Assembly (NCBI GenBank): GCA_024277355.1
Contig: JAJRVL010000004.1
Span: 30,001 to 62,000 of the forward strand
Source: an archaeon
Lineage (GTDB): Archaea > Iainarchaeota > Iainarchaeia > Iainarchaeales > 1-14-0-10-31-34
Direction of reading: 5' to 3'
DNA length: 32,000 bases
The notes beneath the pieces were generated by a model. That model made no database searches, was not told where the DNA came from, and saw nothing but the letters and a program-made list of their open reading frames with translations. Both the position numbers and the translations under genes were made by a program. Within the stretch, counting starts at the first letter, position 1; the number at the start of each line of letters is the position of its first letter. Below, piece by piece: positions 9,462 through 18,699 of this stretch.

Positions 9462-10169
9462 ATGAAAATAAATTTCAATGAAATATTTACAGCAAAAAGA
9501 ATAATGTTTTTAGCATTATTTTCAGTTCTTGTTTTAGTAGCAAAACAAATTAATTTTTCTGCTTTAATTGGACAAGAAAACCAATTTTTCACTTTATTCC
9601 AGTTTTTTGGCCCAATAGCAGGAAGTTTCCTTGGACCATTTATTGGAGCAGGAGCAGTATTAATTTCCCAGATTACAGACAGCTTATTGTTTGGAAAAGC
9701 ATTTGATTTAATTGGATTAGTAAGATTAACTCCAATGTTATTTGCAGCAGTATATTTTGGATTATATGCAAAAAAGAAATTTAATTTCAGTGCAATAATT
9801 CCTTTAATTGCAATGGCTTTATTTATGCTTCATCCAATAGGACAACAAGTATGGTATTTCAGTTTATTCTGGACAATTCCATTAATTGCATCAATTTTTA
9901 AGAAAAATCTTTTCTTAAGAAGTCTTGGAGCAACATTTACAGCCCATTCAATTGGCGGAGTAGCATGGATTTATTCAGTTCCAATGCCAGCAGAAGCATG
10001 GATTGCATTAATTCCAATAGTAGCAGCTGAAAGAATAGCTTTTGCATTAGGGATAAGTGTTTCTTTTATTGGATTTACAACAGTTTTAGCTAAACTGGAA
10101 AACCACATTCCAACAAGCATTATTTCAATTGACAAAAGATATACAATCAAAAACATGTTAGGCCTTTAA
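9462..10169 (+). CDS. Multi-pass membrane protein, possible ECF transporter S component
   Basis: About 6 hydrophobic segments. AKRIMFLALFSVLVLVAKQI...GPIAGSFLGPFIGAGAVLISQITDSLLFGK resembles the fold and sequence style of energy-coupling-factor S components. SD GGGGTG upstream. Confidence 0.45.
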   Translation: MKINFNEIFTAKRIMFLALFSVLVLVAKQINFSALIGQENQFFTLFQFFGPIAGSFLGPFIGAGAVLISQITDSLLFGKAFDLIGLVRLTPMLFAAVYFGLYAKKKFNFSAIIPLIAMALFMLHPIGQQVWYFSLFWTIPLIASIFKKNLFLRSLGATFTAHSIGGVAWIYSVPMPAEAWIALIPIVAAERIAFALGISVSFIGFTTVLAKLENHIPTSIISIDKRYTIKNMLGL

Positions 10170-10200
10170 GGCTTAACATTCTTTTTCTTTTTTCTTTATT
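10155..10200 (+). terminator. Stem-loop followed by a T-rich tract, candidate terminator
   Basis: atgttaggcctt/t/aaggcttaacat: 12-bp stem (one G-U) spanning the stop codon of the preceding gene, followed by ttctttttcttttttctttatttttt. Confidence 0.5.
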
Positions 10201-10278
10201 TTTTATCCAAAACCAATTTAATTACTTTCCTTCTTTTTTTAATTAATAATTTAATTTATTTTTTTGGGGGCCAATTTA

Positions 10279-11508
10279 ATGTATTTAGAAAAAACTGATT
10301 TAGATGTATTTAATGCAATAGAAAACGAAACAAAAAGACAAATGAATGGCTTAGAATTAATTGCTTCAGAAAACTATGTTTCAAAAGCAGTATTAGAAGC
10401 AATGGGTTCCGTTTTAACAAACAAATACAGTGAAGGATACCCTCAAAAAAGATATTACGGCGGAAATGAATTCATTGATGTAATAGAAAACCTTGCAATT
10501 GAAAGAGCAAAAAAATTATTTGGAGCAGAACACGTTAATGTTCAGGCTTACTCTGGAAGTCCTGCAAATCAAGCAGTATTTTTAGCTTTTATGAATTTAG
10601 GAGACAAATTTATGGGCATGAGTTTAGATATGGGAGGTCATTTAACTCACGGCCATAAACTAAGTTTTTCCGGATTACATTACAAAGCAACAGCTTATGG
10701 AATAGACAAAGAAACAGAATTAATTGACTATGAAGAAATAAGAAAAATTGCTTTACAGGAAAAACCAAAAATGATTATTTCCGGTGCATCAGCTTATCCA
10801 AGATTAATTGACTTCAAAAAATTAAAAGAAATAGCAGACGAAGTTAACGCAATATCTTTTGCAGACATAGCTCATATTTCAGGTTTATGCTGTACAGGAT
10901 TACATGAAAACCCAGTTCCATATTTTGATGCAGTAACAACAACAACACATAAAACTTTAAGAGGTCCAAGAGGCGCAATGATTATGTGTAAAGAAGAACA
11001 TGCAAAAGCAATTAATAGAGCAGTTTTTCCTGGATTACAAGGCGGTCCTCATAATCATATTAATGCAGGAAAAGCAGTTGCCTTTAAAGAAGCCTTACAG
11101 CCAGAATTCAAAAATTATGCAGAACAAATAATCAAAAACGCAAAAACTTTAGCTAAATCATTACAAGATTATGGTTTTAGAATTGTTTCAGGCGGAACAG
11201 ACAATCATTTAGTTTTAATTGACTTAACCAAAAAAAATATTTTAGGAAAAGAAGCAGAATCAATTTTAGATGAAGCAGGAATTTACACAAACAAAAACAT
11301 GATTCCTTATGATACAAATTCTCCTTTTAATCCTTCAGGAATAAGGTTGGGGACTCCTGCTTTAACTTCACGAGGCTTTAAAGAAGAAGAAATGAAAATG
11401 GTTGCAGAATGGATTAACAAAATAATAGAAAACAAAACAGATGAATCAATCAGAAAAAAAGTCATGGAAGAAGTCAAAGAATTATGCAAAAACTTCATAA
11501 TATATTGA
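10279..11508 (+). CDS. glyA: Serine hydroxymethyltransferase
   Basis: [60 protein letters not shown]. The listed start (TTG 10264) overlaps a GGGGG SD; ATG 10279 is the better start. Confidence 0.95.
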   Translation: MYLEKTDLDVFNAIENETKRQMNGLELIASENYVSKAVLEAMGSVLTNKYSEGYPQKRYYGGNEFIDVIENLAIERAKKLFGAEHVNVQAYSGSPANQAVFLAFMNLGDKFMGMSLDMGGHLTHGHKLSFSGLHYKATAYGIDKETELIDYEEIRKIALQEKPKMIISGASAYPRLIDFKKLKEIADEVNAISFADIAHISGLCCTGLHENPVPYFDAVTTTTHKTLRGPRGAMIMCKEEHAKAINRAVFPGLQGGPHNHINAGKAVAFKEALQPEFKNYAEQIIKNAKTLAKSLQDYGFRIVSGGTDNHLVLIDLTKKNILGKEAESILDEAGIYTNKNMIPYDTNSPFNPSGIRLGTPALTSRGFKEEEMKMVAEWINKIIENKTDESIRKKVMEEVKELCKNFIIY

Positions 11509-11556
11509 ATTTATGCCTAATATAATCCTTTTAATCTTTTAGTAGGTAAAATATTT

Positions 11557-12411
11557 ATGACTGTAACACTAATTAACGGAAAAAAAATAGCTGAAAAACT
11601 AAAAGCTGAATTAAAACAAAAAATACAAAAAACAGGCTTAAAACCAAAACTTTCACTGATTTTAGTAGGCAATGACCCTGCTTCACAAGTTTATGTCAGA
11701 AAAAAACACGAAGCATGCAATGAAATAGGAATTATTTCAGACCAGCATTTTTTTCCTGAAAATATTAAAGAACAAGAAATACTTGATTTAATTGAAAAAT
11801 TAAACAAAGACCCTTTAGTTTCAGGAATTTTAGTTCAATTACCTTTGCCAAAACAAATTAATGTAAAAAAAGTAGTGAATTTAATTTCCCCTGAAAAAGA
11901 TGTTGATGGATTTCATCCATTAAATATAGGAAAAAGTGAATTAAATGAACAAAGTTTTAAGCCTTGTACTCCATTAGGAATAATGAAATTACTTGAATCA
12001 GTTAAAATTCCATTGCAAGGAAAAAATGTTGTAATAGTCGGTGCAAGCAATATTGTAGGAAAACCTTTAGGAATAATGCTGTTAAATAAAAATGCAACAA
12101 TAACTTACTGTAATAAATACACTAAAGACTTAAAAAAACACACAAAAGAAGCAGACATATTAATTGTTGCTGTAGGCAAACCAAAATTAATTACAAAAGA
12201 CATGATAAAAAAGAATTCAATTATAATTGACGTAGGCACAAACAGATTAGAAAACGGAAAATTAGTCGGAGACGTTGACTTTGAAGAAGCAAAAAAAATT
12301 GCTTTATTTATTACTCCAGTTCCAGGAGGGGTAGGTCCAATGACTGTAACCTGTTTACTGGAAAACACTTTTATTGCAGAAAAAATAAAACAAGGAATAA
12401 AAGAAGAATAA
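11557..12411 (+). CDS. folD: Methylenetetrahydrofolate dehydrogenase/cyclohydrolase
   Basis: LSLILVGNDPASQVYVRKKHEACNEIGI, VSGILVQLPLPKQI, PEKDVDGFHPLNIGKS, VIVGASNIVGKPLGIMLLNKNATIT, VGPMTV. Confidence 0.96.
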   Translation: MTVTLINGKKIAEKLKAELKQKIQKTGLKPKLSLILVGNDPASQVYVRKKHEACNEIGIISDQHFFPENIKEQEILDLIEKLNKDPLVSGILVQLPLPKQINVKKVVNLISPEKDVDGFHPLNIGKSELNEQSFKPCTPLGIMKLLESVKIPLQGKNVVIVGASNIVGKPLGIMLLNKNATITYCNKYTKDLKKHTKEADILIVAVGKPKLITKDMIKKNSIIIDVGTNRLENGKLVGDVDFEEAKKIALFITPVPGGVGPMTVTCLLENTFIAEKIKQGIKEE

Positions 12412-12455
12412 AAAATTTAAAAAAGAAAAAAAAATTAAAGTTGAGGAAATAAAAA

Positions 12456-13070
12456 ATGAATAAAATTAAAATTGCAGTTTTAGGTTCAACTAAAGGAACA
12501 GATTTTCCTGCAGTATTTAATGCATTAAAAGATTACAACAAAGCAGAAATCTCAGTTGTAATTTCAGATAAAATTGATTCAGGAATCTTAGAAAAAGCAA
12601 AAGAAAAAAAACTTGAAGCACTTTTCATTGATCCAAACAATTTTAATTCAAGAGAAGAATTTGATGCAAAAATTTTAGAAGAATTAAATAAAAGAAAAAT
12701 TAATTTAATTGTTTTAATTGGATACATGAAATTAATTACAGAAAAACTCCTTAATGCATTTGAAAACAAAATAATAAATGTTCATCCTTCTTTACTTCCG
12801 TCTTTTCCCGGCATGAATTTATCTGTTCACAAAGAAGTATTAAATCATGGCTGTAAAACTTCAGGCGTAACAATATTTTTTGTTGATAAAGGAAAAGATT
12901 CAGGACCAATAATTTTACAGAAATCAATTGAAGTATCAGAAAACGAATCAGTTGAATCATTAAAAGAAAAAATCCAGAAAATTGAACAGGAAATTTACCC
13001 TAAAGCAATCAAATTGTACTGCGAAAACAAACTAAAAATTGAAGGAAGAAAAGTAAAAATAATGGAATGA
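12456..13070 (+). CDS. purN: Phosphoribosylglycinamide formyltransferase (PurN type)
   Basis: AVLGSTKGTDFPAVFNALKD, LIGYMKLI, IINVHPSLLPSFPGMNLSVHKEVLNHGCKTSGVTIFFVDKGKDSGPIILQ. SD 'gagga'. Confidence 0.93.
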   Translation: MNKIKIAVLGSTKGTDFPAVFNALKDYNKAEISVVISDKIDSGILEKAKEKKLEALFIDPNNFNSREEFDAKILEELNKRKINLIVLIGYMKLITEKLLNAFENKIINVHPSLLPSFPGMNLSVHKEVLNHGCKTSGVTIFFVDKGKDSGPIILQKSIEVSENESVESLKEKIQKIEQEIYPKAIKLYCENKLKIEGRKVKIME

Positions 13071-13178
13071 AAAAGCAGAAAAACAAAAAAAGAAACAAAA
13101 TAATTGAATAAAAAATAATAAATAAAATAAAAAGAATAAGAAAATTATTAAGAAATTAAAAATAATTAAAGTGAAAAA

Positions 13179-13223
13179 ATGAATAAATTAAATGAATTAA
13201 AATTTGTTTTTGGAGTGATTTAA
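13179..13223 (+). CDS. Possible 14-codon upstream mini-ORF (MNKLNELKFVFGVI) coupled to purH
   Basis: gtgaaaaaATG...gggagtg-type SD region; TAA (13221-13223) overlaps the purH ATG (TAATG). Confidence 0.2.
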   Translation: MNKLNELKFVFGVI

Positions 13224-14755
13224 TGAATAAAGTTAAAACAGCATTAATTTCTGTTTCAGACAAAACAGGCATAATTGATTTTGCAAAAGAATTAGAAAAT
13301 TTAGGAATAAAAATTCTTTCAACTGGAGGGACTTTTAAAGCATTACAAAAAGCAGGAATTAAAGTTCAGGAAGTATCAGATTACACTAAATTTCCTGAAA
13401 TAATGAATGGAAGAGTTAAAACACTTCATCCAAAAATTCACGGCGGAATTTTAGCTTTAAGAAACAACGAAAAACATTTAGCTCAAGCAAAAGAAAACAA
13501 AATTGAATTCATTGATTTAGTTGTAATTAATTTATATCCATTTAAAGAAACAATCCAAAAAAATTCTTCTTTTAGTGAATGCATTGAAAACATTGATATT
13601 GGGGGTCCAGCAATGGTTCGTTCAGCAGCAAAAAACCATGAATTTGTCGGAATAATTACTTCTCCTTTACAATACAAAAAAGTTTTAACTGAACTAAAAT
13701 CAAAAGGAGAATTAACCCTTGAATTAAAACAAGAGTTAGCATTAAAAGCATTTGAATTAACTGCTTTTTATGATTCAATGATTTCAAATTACTTAAACAA
13801 ACAATTTAATTCAGGTTTCCCGGAAAAATTATCTTTATCTTTTAAAAAAATTTCTTCTTTAAGATACGGTGAAAACTCTCATCAAAAAGCATCAGTTTAT
13901 TTTGAATTAAACAATAAAGGAACTTTAACTGATATTGAAATATTAAACGGAAAAGAAATGTCTTTTAATAATTATTTTGATGCAGACTCAGCTTTATCTC
14001 TTGCAAAAGAATTTTCTGAACCAGCAGCAGTAATAGTAAAACACGCCAACCCCTGCGGTGCAGCAATTTCAAGTAAATTAGAAGATGCTTTTGAAAAAGC
14101 ATTAGATTCAGACAGGCAGTCAGCTTTTGGCGGAATAATTGCATTAAACAAAAAAGTTAATTTAGCTACCGCAAAAAAAATTACTTCTTTTTTTAATGAA
14201 GTTGTTTTAGCTCCTGATTTTGATTCAAATGCATTACAAGAATTAAAAACAAAAAAAAATCTTAGAGTAATTAAAGTAAATAACTTTAATTCAGAAACAA
14301 AAGGATTTGATTTTAAAAGAATTAAAGGCGGATTACTTTTACAGGAATTTGATGATAAAATAATTTCAGAAAATGAATTAAATTTTGCTTCAATAAAAAA
14401 GCCTTCCAAAGAACAAACAGAAGAATTATTGTTTGCTTGGACTGTAGCAAAATACGTGAAAAGCAATGCAATAGTCATCTCTCAAAACAAAGGAACAATT
14501 GGTTTAGGTATTGGACAAACAAGCAGAGTTAAAGCAGTTAAACAAGCCTTAGAACAAGCAAAAGAAAAAATGGTTAATGCAGTTTTAGCTTCAGATGGAT
14601 TTTTTCCTTTCCCTGATTCAATTGAATTACTTCCAAAAGAAATCACTGCAGTAATCCAGCCCGGCGGCTCCATTAAAGACAAAGAAGTCATTTCAGCTGC
14701 AAACAAAAAAAGAATTCCATTAGTTTTAACCGGAACAAGGCATTTTCGGCACTGA
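13223..14755 (+). CDS. purH: Bifunctional AICAR formyltransferase / IMP cyclohydrolase (bacterial-type)
   Basis: ALISVSDKTGIIDFAKEL, STGGTFKALQKAG, RVKTLHPKIHGGIL, LRYGENSHQKA, VIVKHANPCGAA, DRQSAFGG, FPFPDSIELL, VIQPGGSIKDKEVI. Confidence 0.96.
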   Translation: MNKVKTALISVSDKTGIIDFAKELENLGIKILSTGGTFKALQKAGIKVQEVSDYTKFPEIMNGRVKTLHPKIHGGILALRNNEKHLAQAKENKIEFIDLVVINLYPFKETIQKNSSFSECIENIDIGGPAMVRSAAKNHEFVGIITSPLQYKKVLTELKSKGELTLELKQELALKAFELTAFYDSMISNYLNKQFNSGFPEKLSLSFKKISSLRYGENSHQKASVYFELNNKGTLTDIEILNGKEMSFNNYFDADSALSLAKEFSEPAAVIVKHANPCGAAISSKLEDAFEKALDSDRQSAFGGIIALNKKVNLATAKKITSFFNEVVLAPDFDSNALQELKTKKNLRVIKVNNFNSETKGFDFKRIKGGLLLQEFDDKIISENELNFASIKKPSKEQTEELLFAWTVAKYVKSNAIVISQNKGTIGLGIGQTSRVKAVKQALEQAKEKMVNAVLASDGFFPFPDSIELLPKEITAVIQPGGSIKDKEVISAANKKRIPLVLTGTRHFRH

Positions 14756-14773
14756 ATCTTTTTAGAATTTTTT

Positions 14774-15565
14774 TTATTGCCAGAATCCAATCATTTGATG
14801 TCTTCTTGCTGAACGGAATTGACAAAATATTCCAATTAAAATTACACATAAACTAAAAATCCATAAAATATTATTTAAAACTAATTTGCTTTCTGTTTTA
14901 AATAAAACAATCCCGCTGCTAAAAAGCAGTAATATACCAAACAGAATTATTGTGCCTCCAATAAGCCTTAATCCCCAACAAGCTAAATCTGAACGCAAAT
15001 TAATTGAATCAATAAATTTAAGTATAACAATTGTTCCTGCAAGAGTTAGAAATAATACAATTAAAAATAAAGGCCAATTTACAAAACCTCCAAGCAAAGA
15101 ATCAACTTTAATTTTGTTTAAAATTAAAACTAAAATCACTGCAAGCGTAATATATTTGATTAAACTAAATTTTCTTCTAAACAATTTAATTTTTGCTTTT
15201 CTGAGCAAGTTAATTCTTAAAAGCCAATATTTGTAACTAAACCATAAAGTAATAATTAAAATAATTGTAAAAGCTAAATCAAGGTTGTCTGTAAAAATAA
15301 AAGAATCTTTAAGTTCCCTAATCAACCCTTCTTCAGAATAAATTATTTCAGTTTTTTCAATTACTGGTTTAGGTAACAACATTAAAACTAAAAGTAAAAC
15401 AATTCCAATGGGAGCAATATATTTTCTATATTTAATGTAAAAATTGCTGTTTTTTATTGGAGGTTTTTGTCCGCCTTTTTTTCCATTTATTTTTTTCCAA
15501 TAGCATTTTTTGCATAGTTTATTTTTGAATTTTGTAAAGCCGCTGCACTTTTTACATTTACTCAT
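14774..15565 (-). CDS. Zinc-ribbon plus multi-TM membrane protein, unknown function
   Basis: N-terminal CxxC..CKKCYW zinc-binding motif, then several TM segments. Confidence 0.55.
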   Translation of the reverse strand: MSKCKKCSGFTKFKNKLCKKCYWKKINGKKGGQKPPIKNSNFYIKYRKYIAPIGIVLLLVLMLLPKPVIEKTEIIYSEEGLIRELKDSFIFTDNLDLAFTIILIITLWFSYKYWLLRINLLRKAKIKLFRRKFSLIKYITLAVILVLILNKIKVDSLLGGFVNWPLFLIVLFLTLAGTIVILKFIDSINLRSDLACWGLRLIGGTIILFGILLLFSSGIVLFKTESKLVLNNILWIFSLCVILIGIFCQFRSARRHQMIGFWQ

Positions 15566-15580
15566 TTTTACTCACTTTTT

Positions 15581-15817
15581 CTACCAAAATCCAAATCTTT
15601 TTTTGTCTTTTTTGTGAGTTGAAGTGTGTTGTTTTTGTGAATTAAAAACCCATAAATTGCTTGGCCTGTTATCTGATTTGTTTCGATTAATATGATGGAC
15701 TCTTTGATTAGAGTATAAGTTTCCGCCAACTTTTTTTGATGCAACCCATCTATGGACAGATTTTCCTGAATCAGAAAACCTTCTATATCCTTTCTTATCC
15801 AAATAAGTGCCTGCCAT
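15581..15817 (-). CDS. Small HNH nuclease-like protein
   Basis: KSVHRWVASKKVGGNLYSNQRVHHINRNKSDNRPSNLWVFNSQKQHTSTHKK matches the HNH pattern (HHIN...DNRPSNL...H). SD ggag upstream. Confidence 0.8.
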   Translation of the reverse strand: MAGTYLDKKGYRRFSDSGKSVHRWVASKKVGGNLYSNQRVHHINRNKSDNRPSNLWVFNSQKQHTSTHKKDKKRFGFW

Positions 15818-16018
15818 TTATACTCTCTCCTTTTTTGGTACCCATGCGCCTTTTTCTTTTAGAAACATTTCAGCTCCCTTGCACAATTGAAAAGTTACAC
15901 TGACCCCTTCTAATCTCCTATATCTGCTCATTACATCCAACAAGTCTTTTTCAATTCTAATAGTAATCATTTTTGCTTTTCTTTGTCCAACAAATTTGCT
16001 TTTTTTTCTCATGTGCAT
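15818..16018 (-). CDS. Ribbon-helix-helix-like DNA-binding protein
   Basis: MITIRIEKDLLDVMSRYRRLEGVSVTFQLCKGAEMFLKEKG fits a beta-strand plus two helices (RHH). It directly abuts the HNH gene (same operon). Confidence 0.55.
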   Translation of the reverse strand: MHMRKKSKFVGQRKAKMITIRIEKDLLDVMSRYRRLEGVSVTFQLCKGAEMFLKEKGAWVPKKERV

Positions 16019-16028
16019 TTACAACACC

Positions 16029-16048
16029 ATACTTGTATATACAAGTAT
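16029..16048. promoter_or_regulatory. 20-bp perfect palindrome ATACTTGTATATACAAGTAT, candidate operator
   Basis: The sequence equals its own reverse complement. It lies between an AT-rich TATA-like element (16050-16058) and the start of the RHH gene. Confidence 0.65.
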
Positions 16049-16064
16049 ATATTTATAAATTTAT

Positions 16065-16403
16065 TTATTTTTTAAACAATCTATTAATTTTGTCTATTGT
16101 TTTTTCAAAAATAGATTTTTTTTCTTGTTTTGGTTTTTCAATAAAATCATCAGGTGCGTGAATTTTATGTCTTGCGTGTTTTTTACAAAAATTTTTTTCA
16201 CAAATAAAACAATAATATCCTATGTCTTCTTCTAATAAAATTTTTTTCTTACAAAAGCTGCAAAATATATTGCTATTTGAAATATTATAAGCTGTTTGAA
16301 TTTTAGTTTTATCTTCTTTATTTAATTGAGCAACTCTTCCCTCGTCTTTAATCTCCCACAATCCGCCAGTTTGTCTGATTGAAACAGGTTTATTATTTTT
16401 CAT
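16065..16403 (-). CDS. Small zinc-finger protein, unknown function
   Basis: FCSFCKKKILLEEDIGYYCFICEKNFCKKHARHKIHAPDDF Cys/His pattern. Confidence 0.5.
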   Translation of the reverse strand: MKNNKPVSIRQTGGLWEIKDEGRVAQLNKEDKTKIQTAYNISNSNIFCSFCKKKILLEEDIGYYCFICEKNFCKKHARHKIHAPDDFIEKPKQEKKSIFEKTIDKINRLFKK

Positions 16404-16493
16404 AAACTTTAATTATGTTTAAACTTTTATTTACTGTTTCCGGTTTCAAAGCTTGAAAGTTTATTATCTATTTTTAAAAACTTTTTTTATTAA

Positions 16494-17063
16494 CTACTTA
16501 CATTCAATTACTCTTTCTTCAGTAACAATTTTTTGAACTGGAATGTCATGTTTTTCTTTTTTAATTGAATCAGTTATTTGTTCTTCAAAAGCTAAAGCAA
16601 TAACTGGAATTTTTTTTGGAATTCCTTTTAAAAATTTATCATAATAACCTTTGCCAAAACCAATTCTGTTTCCTTTTTCATCAAAAGCAATTCCCGGAAC
16701 AACAATTAAATCTAATTCTTTTTTATTAAAAGGACGAAAAAATTCCGGGGAAGGCTGAAAAATACCTAATTTATTTGCAGTTAATTCTTTTTCAAAATTC
16801 TTTAATTCACTTAAATAAATTTTTGTTTTCTTAAAATCAATTAAAGGAACAATAACTTTTTTCTTTCTTTTAAATAATTCTTTAATAATTTCTCTTGTTC
16901 TTGCTTCAGATTTAAATGACAAATAAATCATTATTTTTTTTGCTCTCCACACATCTTTAACTAAAAAAAAGTTTTCTTTGATTTTATTGCTTTTTTCAAT
17001 TATTTCATTTAATGAAAGTGAATTTCTTTTCAAAACAAACTTTTTTCTCTGCTTTTTCTTCAT
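16494..17063 (-). CDS. 5-formyltetrahydrofolate cyclo-ligase family protein
   Basis: IMIYLSFKSEARTREIIKEL, VVPGIAFDEKGNRIGFGKGYYDKFL, PVIALAFEEQI. The track gives the start at 17072 (MDIMKKK); an internal ATG at 17063 is also plausible. Confidence 0.88.
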   Translation of the reverse strand: MKKKQRKKFVLKRNSLSLNEIIEKSNKIKENFFLVKDVWRAKKIMIYLSFKSEARTREIIKELFKRKKKVIVPLIDFKKTKIYLSELKNFEKELTANKLGIFQPSPEFFRPFNKKELDLIVVPGIAFDEKGNRIGFGKGYYDKFLKGIPKKIPVIALAFEEQITDSIKKEKHDIPVQKIVTEERVIECK

Positions 17064-17125
17064 AATATCCATTAAGAAGCAAACTTTTTTAAGAGGAAAA
17101 TGCCTTTATTTAACAGGATTTTTTT

Positions 17126-17668
17126 ATGGAAGACAAAGAATTAACTGAAAGCATAAGCAAAGCAATGGATTTTAATTTAAGTCAAATATTTAATGAAATA
17201 GATTTAAAGGTAAAAAACATTACTCACACTACTGCTTTAGCAATTAATTCAATTCCATCAAAAAAACAGGAAACAAAAATACTTATTTATTCTGAAGTAA
17301 ATTCAGCTGGAATTAATTCAAAAATCATTTTATCTTTTAATAAACAAAATGCAATGAAAATGGTTGACTTAATTAAAGGAGCAGAATTTGGTACAACAAA
17401 AATTTTATCTTCTATTGAAACAAATGCATTGCAAAGCGTTTCAGAAAACTTATTCAAAGCTTATGTTAATTCACTTAATTCTGTTGCAAAAACCCAATTA
17501 GAATTAAGTTCATTAAATGTATTTTTTTCTTTCAGTGCATTTGAAAATGAATTTTTATCTGAAAACATTTCAGGACAAGGAAGATTTTTTGAATTAGAAG
17601 TAACTGTAGGCGGAACAGACATTAAAGGAGAAATGAAATTTTTTGCTCCAACTCAAATGATTAAGTGA
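17126..17668 (+). CDS. CheC/CheX-like domain protein
   Basis: IETNALQSVSENLFKAYVNSLNSVAKTQLELS resembles the CheC helix region (ALKEIGNILTGAYLNALS); beta-rich flanks. Confidence 0.45.
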   Translation: MEDKELTESISKAMDFNLSQIFNEIDLKVKNITHTTALAINSIPSKKQETKILIYSEVNSAGINSKIILSFNKQNAMKMVDLIKGAEFGTTKILSSIETNALQSVSENLFKAYVNSLNSVAKTQLELSSLNVFFSFSAFENEFLSENISGQGRFFELEVTVGGTDIKGEMKFFAPTQMIK

Positions 17669-17674
17669 TAAAAA

Positions 17675-18628
17675 ATGAATAAATTAATTGAAAAACTAAA
17701 TTCAGAGTTTCCTTTAACAGAAAAAACTGATTTCCAGATGATTGATGTAAACACAAAACAATATGCTTCTGCTTTGTCTCAAATAGTTTTTTCTCTTCAG
17801 AAAACTTATTCAAAAATCTGCATTATTAGCACTTCAAGAAAAGGAAGTTTATTATTAAATGAATTAAATAAAAAAGGAATTAAAACAGAAATATTAATTT
17901 TAAGCGGAATACAAGAAAAAGATTCAACTCAAATTTTTTCTTATGAACCGCAATGGAAACTTGATTCAATTAAAAAAGCAATCAGCCATTCAATAAAAAC
18001 TTTTTCTCCTGAAATTTTTGTTTTTGATTCATTGACTAATTTAACTTTGTTTTCAAATAAAGATGAAATAAATGATTTTGCAGAAAAATTCACTCACATT
18101 TTAGGAGAAAGAAAACTAAAAGCAATTTTTTTAAATATCAAAGAAGAAACACCGGAAGAAATAGCTGTAAGAATTGAAGCAGTAATGGATGACAGAACTT
18201 CATTAGAAAAATTTTTAGGAAAAAAAACAACAGCAGTAAAAGCAAACACCGTAAAGCAAAAAGAAATACAGCAAAAACAAACAAAAACTATTTCAAAAAC
18301 AGTAATAGTAAAACAACAGTTAGATGTTAAATCATTAAAGAAAAGTTTAGCAAGTTTAATTAAAGATGAAGCAAGAAAAATAGCAGAAGAAACAAGAAAA
18401 AATCTTGAAACACATGAATTAACTAAACCAAAAAAACAGGAAACAAAACCTGAAATAGAACTCAAAGAACCAAAAAAAGATGTTTATAAACTTGAAAAAG
18501 AAAAAGAAAAACAAAAATTATTAAAAAAACTTGATTTACTTGAAAAATCATTTGAATTAGGAGTAATAAGCAATAAAGCTTTTGAAGAAGGAAAACAACA
18601 AATAAAACAAAAATTAAAAGAAAAATAA
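17675..18628 (+). CDS. Degenerate KaiC/FlaH-like (RecA fold) protein with charged linker and SHOCT-like C-terminal segment
   Basis: KICIISTSRKGSLLLNELNKKGI (no Walker A), SPEIFVFDSLTNLTLF (Walker-B-like strand), C-terminal LLKKLDLLEKSFELGVISNKAFEEGKQQIKQKL (SHOCT-like). SD gtga after the preceding stop. Confidence 0.4.
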   Translation: MNKLIEKLNSEFPLTEKTDFQMIDVNTKQYASALSQIVFSLQKTYSKICIISTSRKGSLLLNELNKKGIKTEILILSGIQEKDSTQIFSYEPQWKLDSIKKAISHSIKTFSPEIFVFDSLTNLTLFSNKDEINDFAEKFTHILGERKLKAIFLNIKEETPEEIAVRIEAVMDDRTSLEKFLGKKTTAVKANTVKQKEIQQKQTKTISKTVIVKQQLDVKSLKKSLASLIKDEARKIAEETRKNLETHELTKPKKQETKPEIELKEPKKDVYKLEKEKEKQKLLKKLDLLEKSFELGVISNKAFEEGKQQIKQKLKEK

Positions 18629-18699
18629 AAAACACAAAGCCTTATAAAAGAGAATAAATATATTCTTTGATACTAAAAAATAATTTTAGGGGTGAACCG

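Noticed and set aside
13071-13178. A-rich stretch as a coding or RNA gene
   Set aside because: Low-complexity A/G/T sequence with no stable structure or meaningful ORF; probably a degraded intergenic spacer.
13972-14478. 168-aa minus-strand ORF opposite purH
   Set aside because: Long only because of codon bias; the purH motifs on the plus strand are unambiguous.
14886-15236. Plus-strand 116-aa ORF opposite the Zn-ribbon membrane protein
   Set aside because: Weak composition, and the minus-strand ORF has a CxxC zinc motif plus TM segments; low confidence remains.
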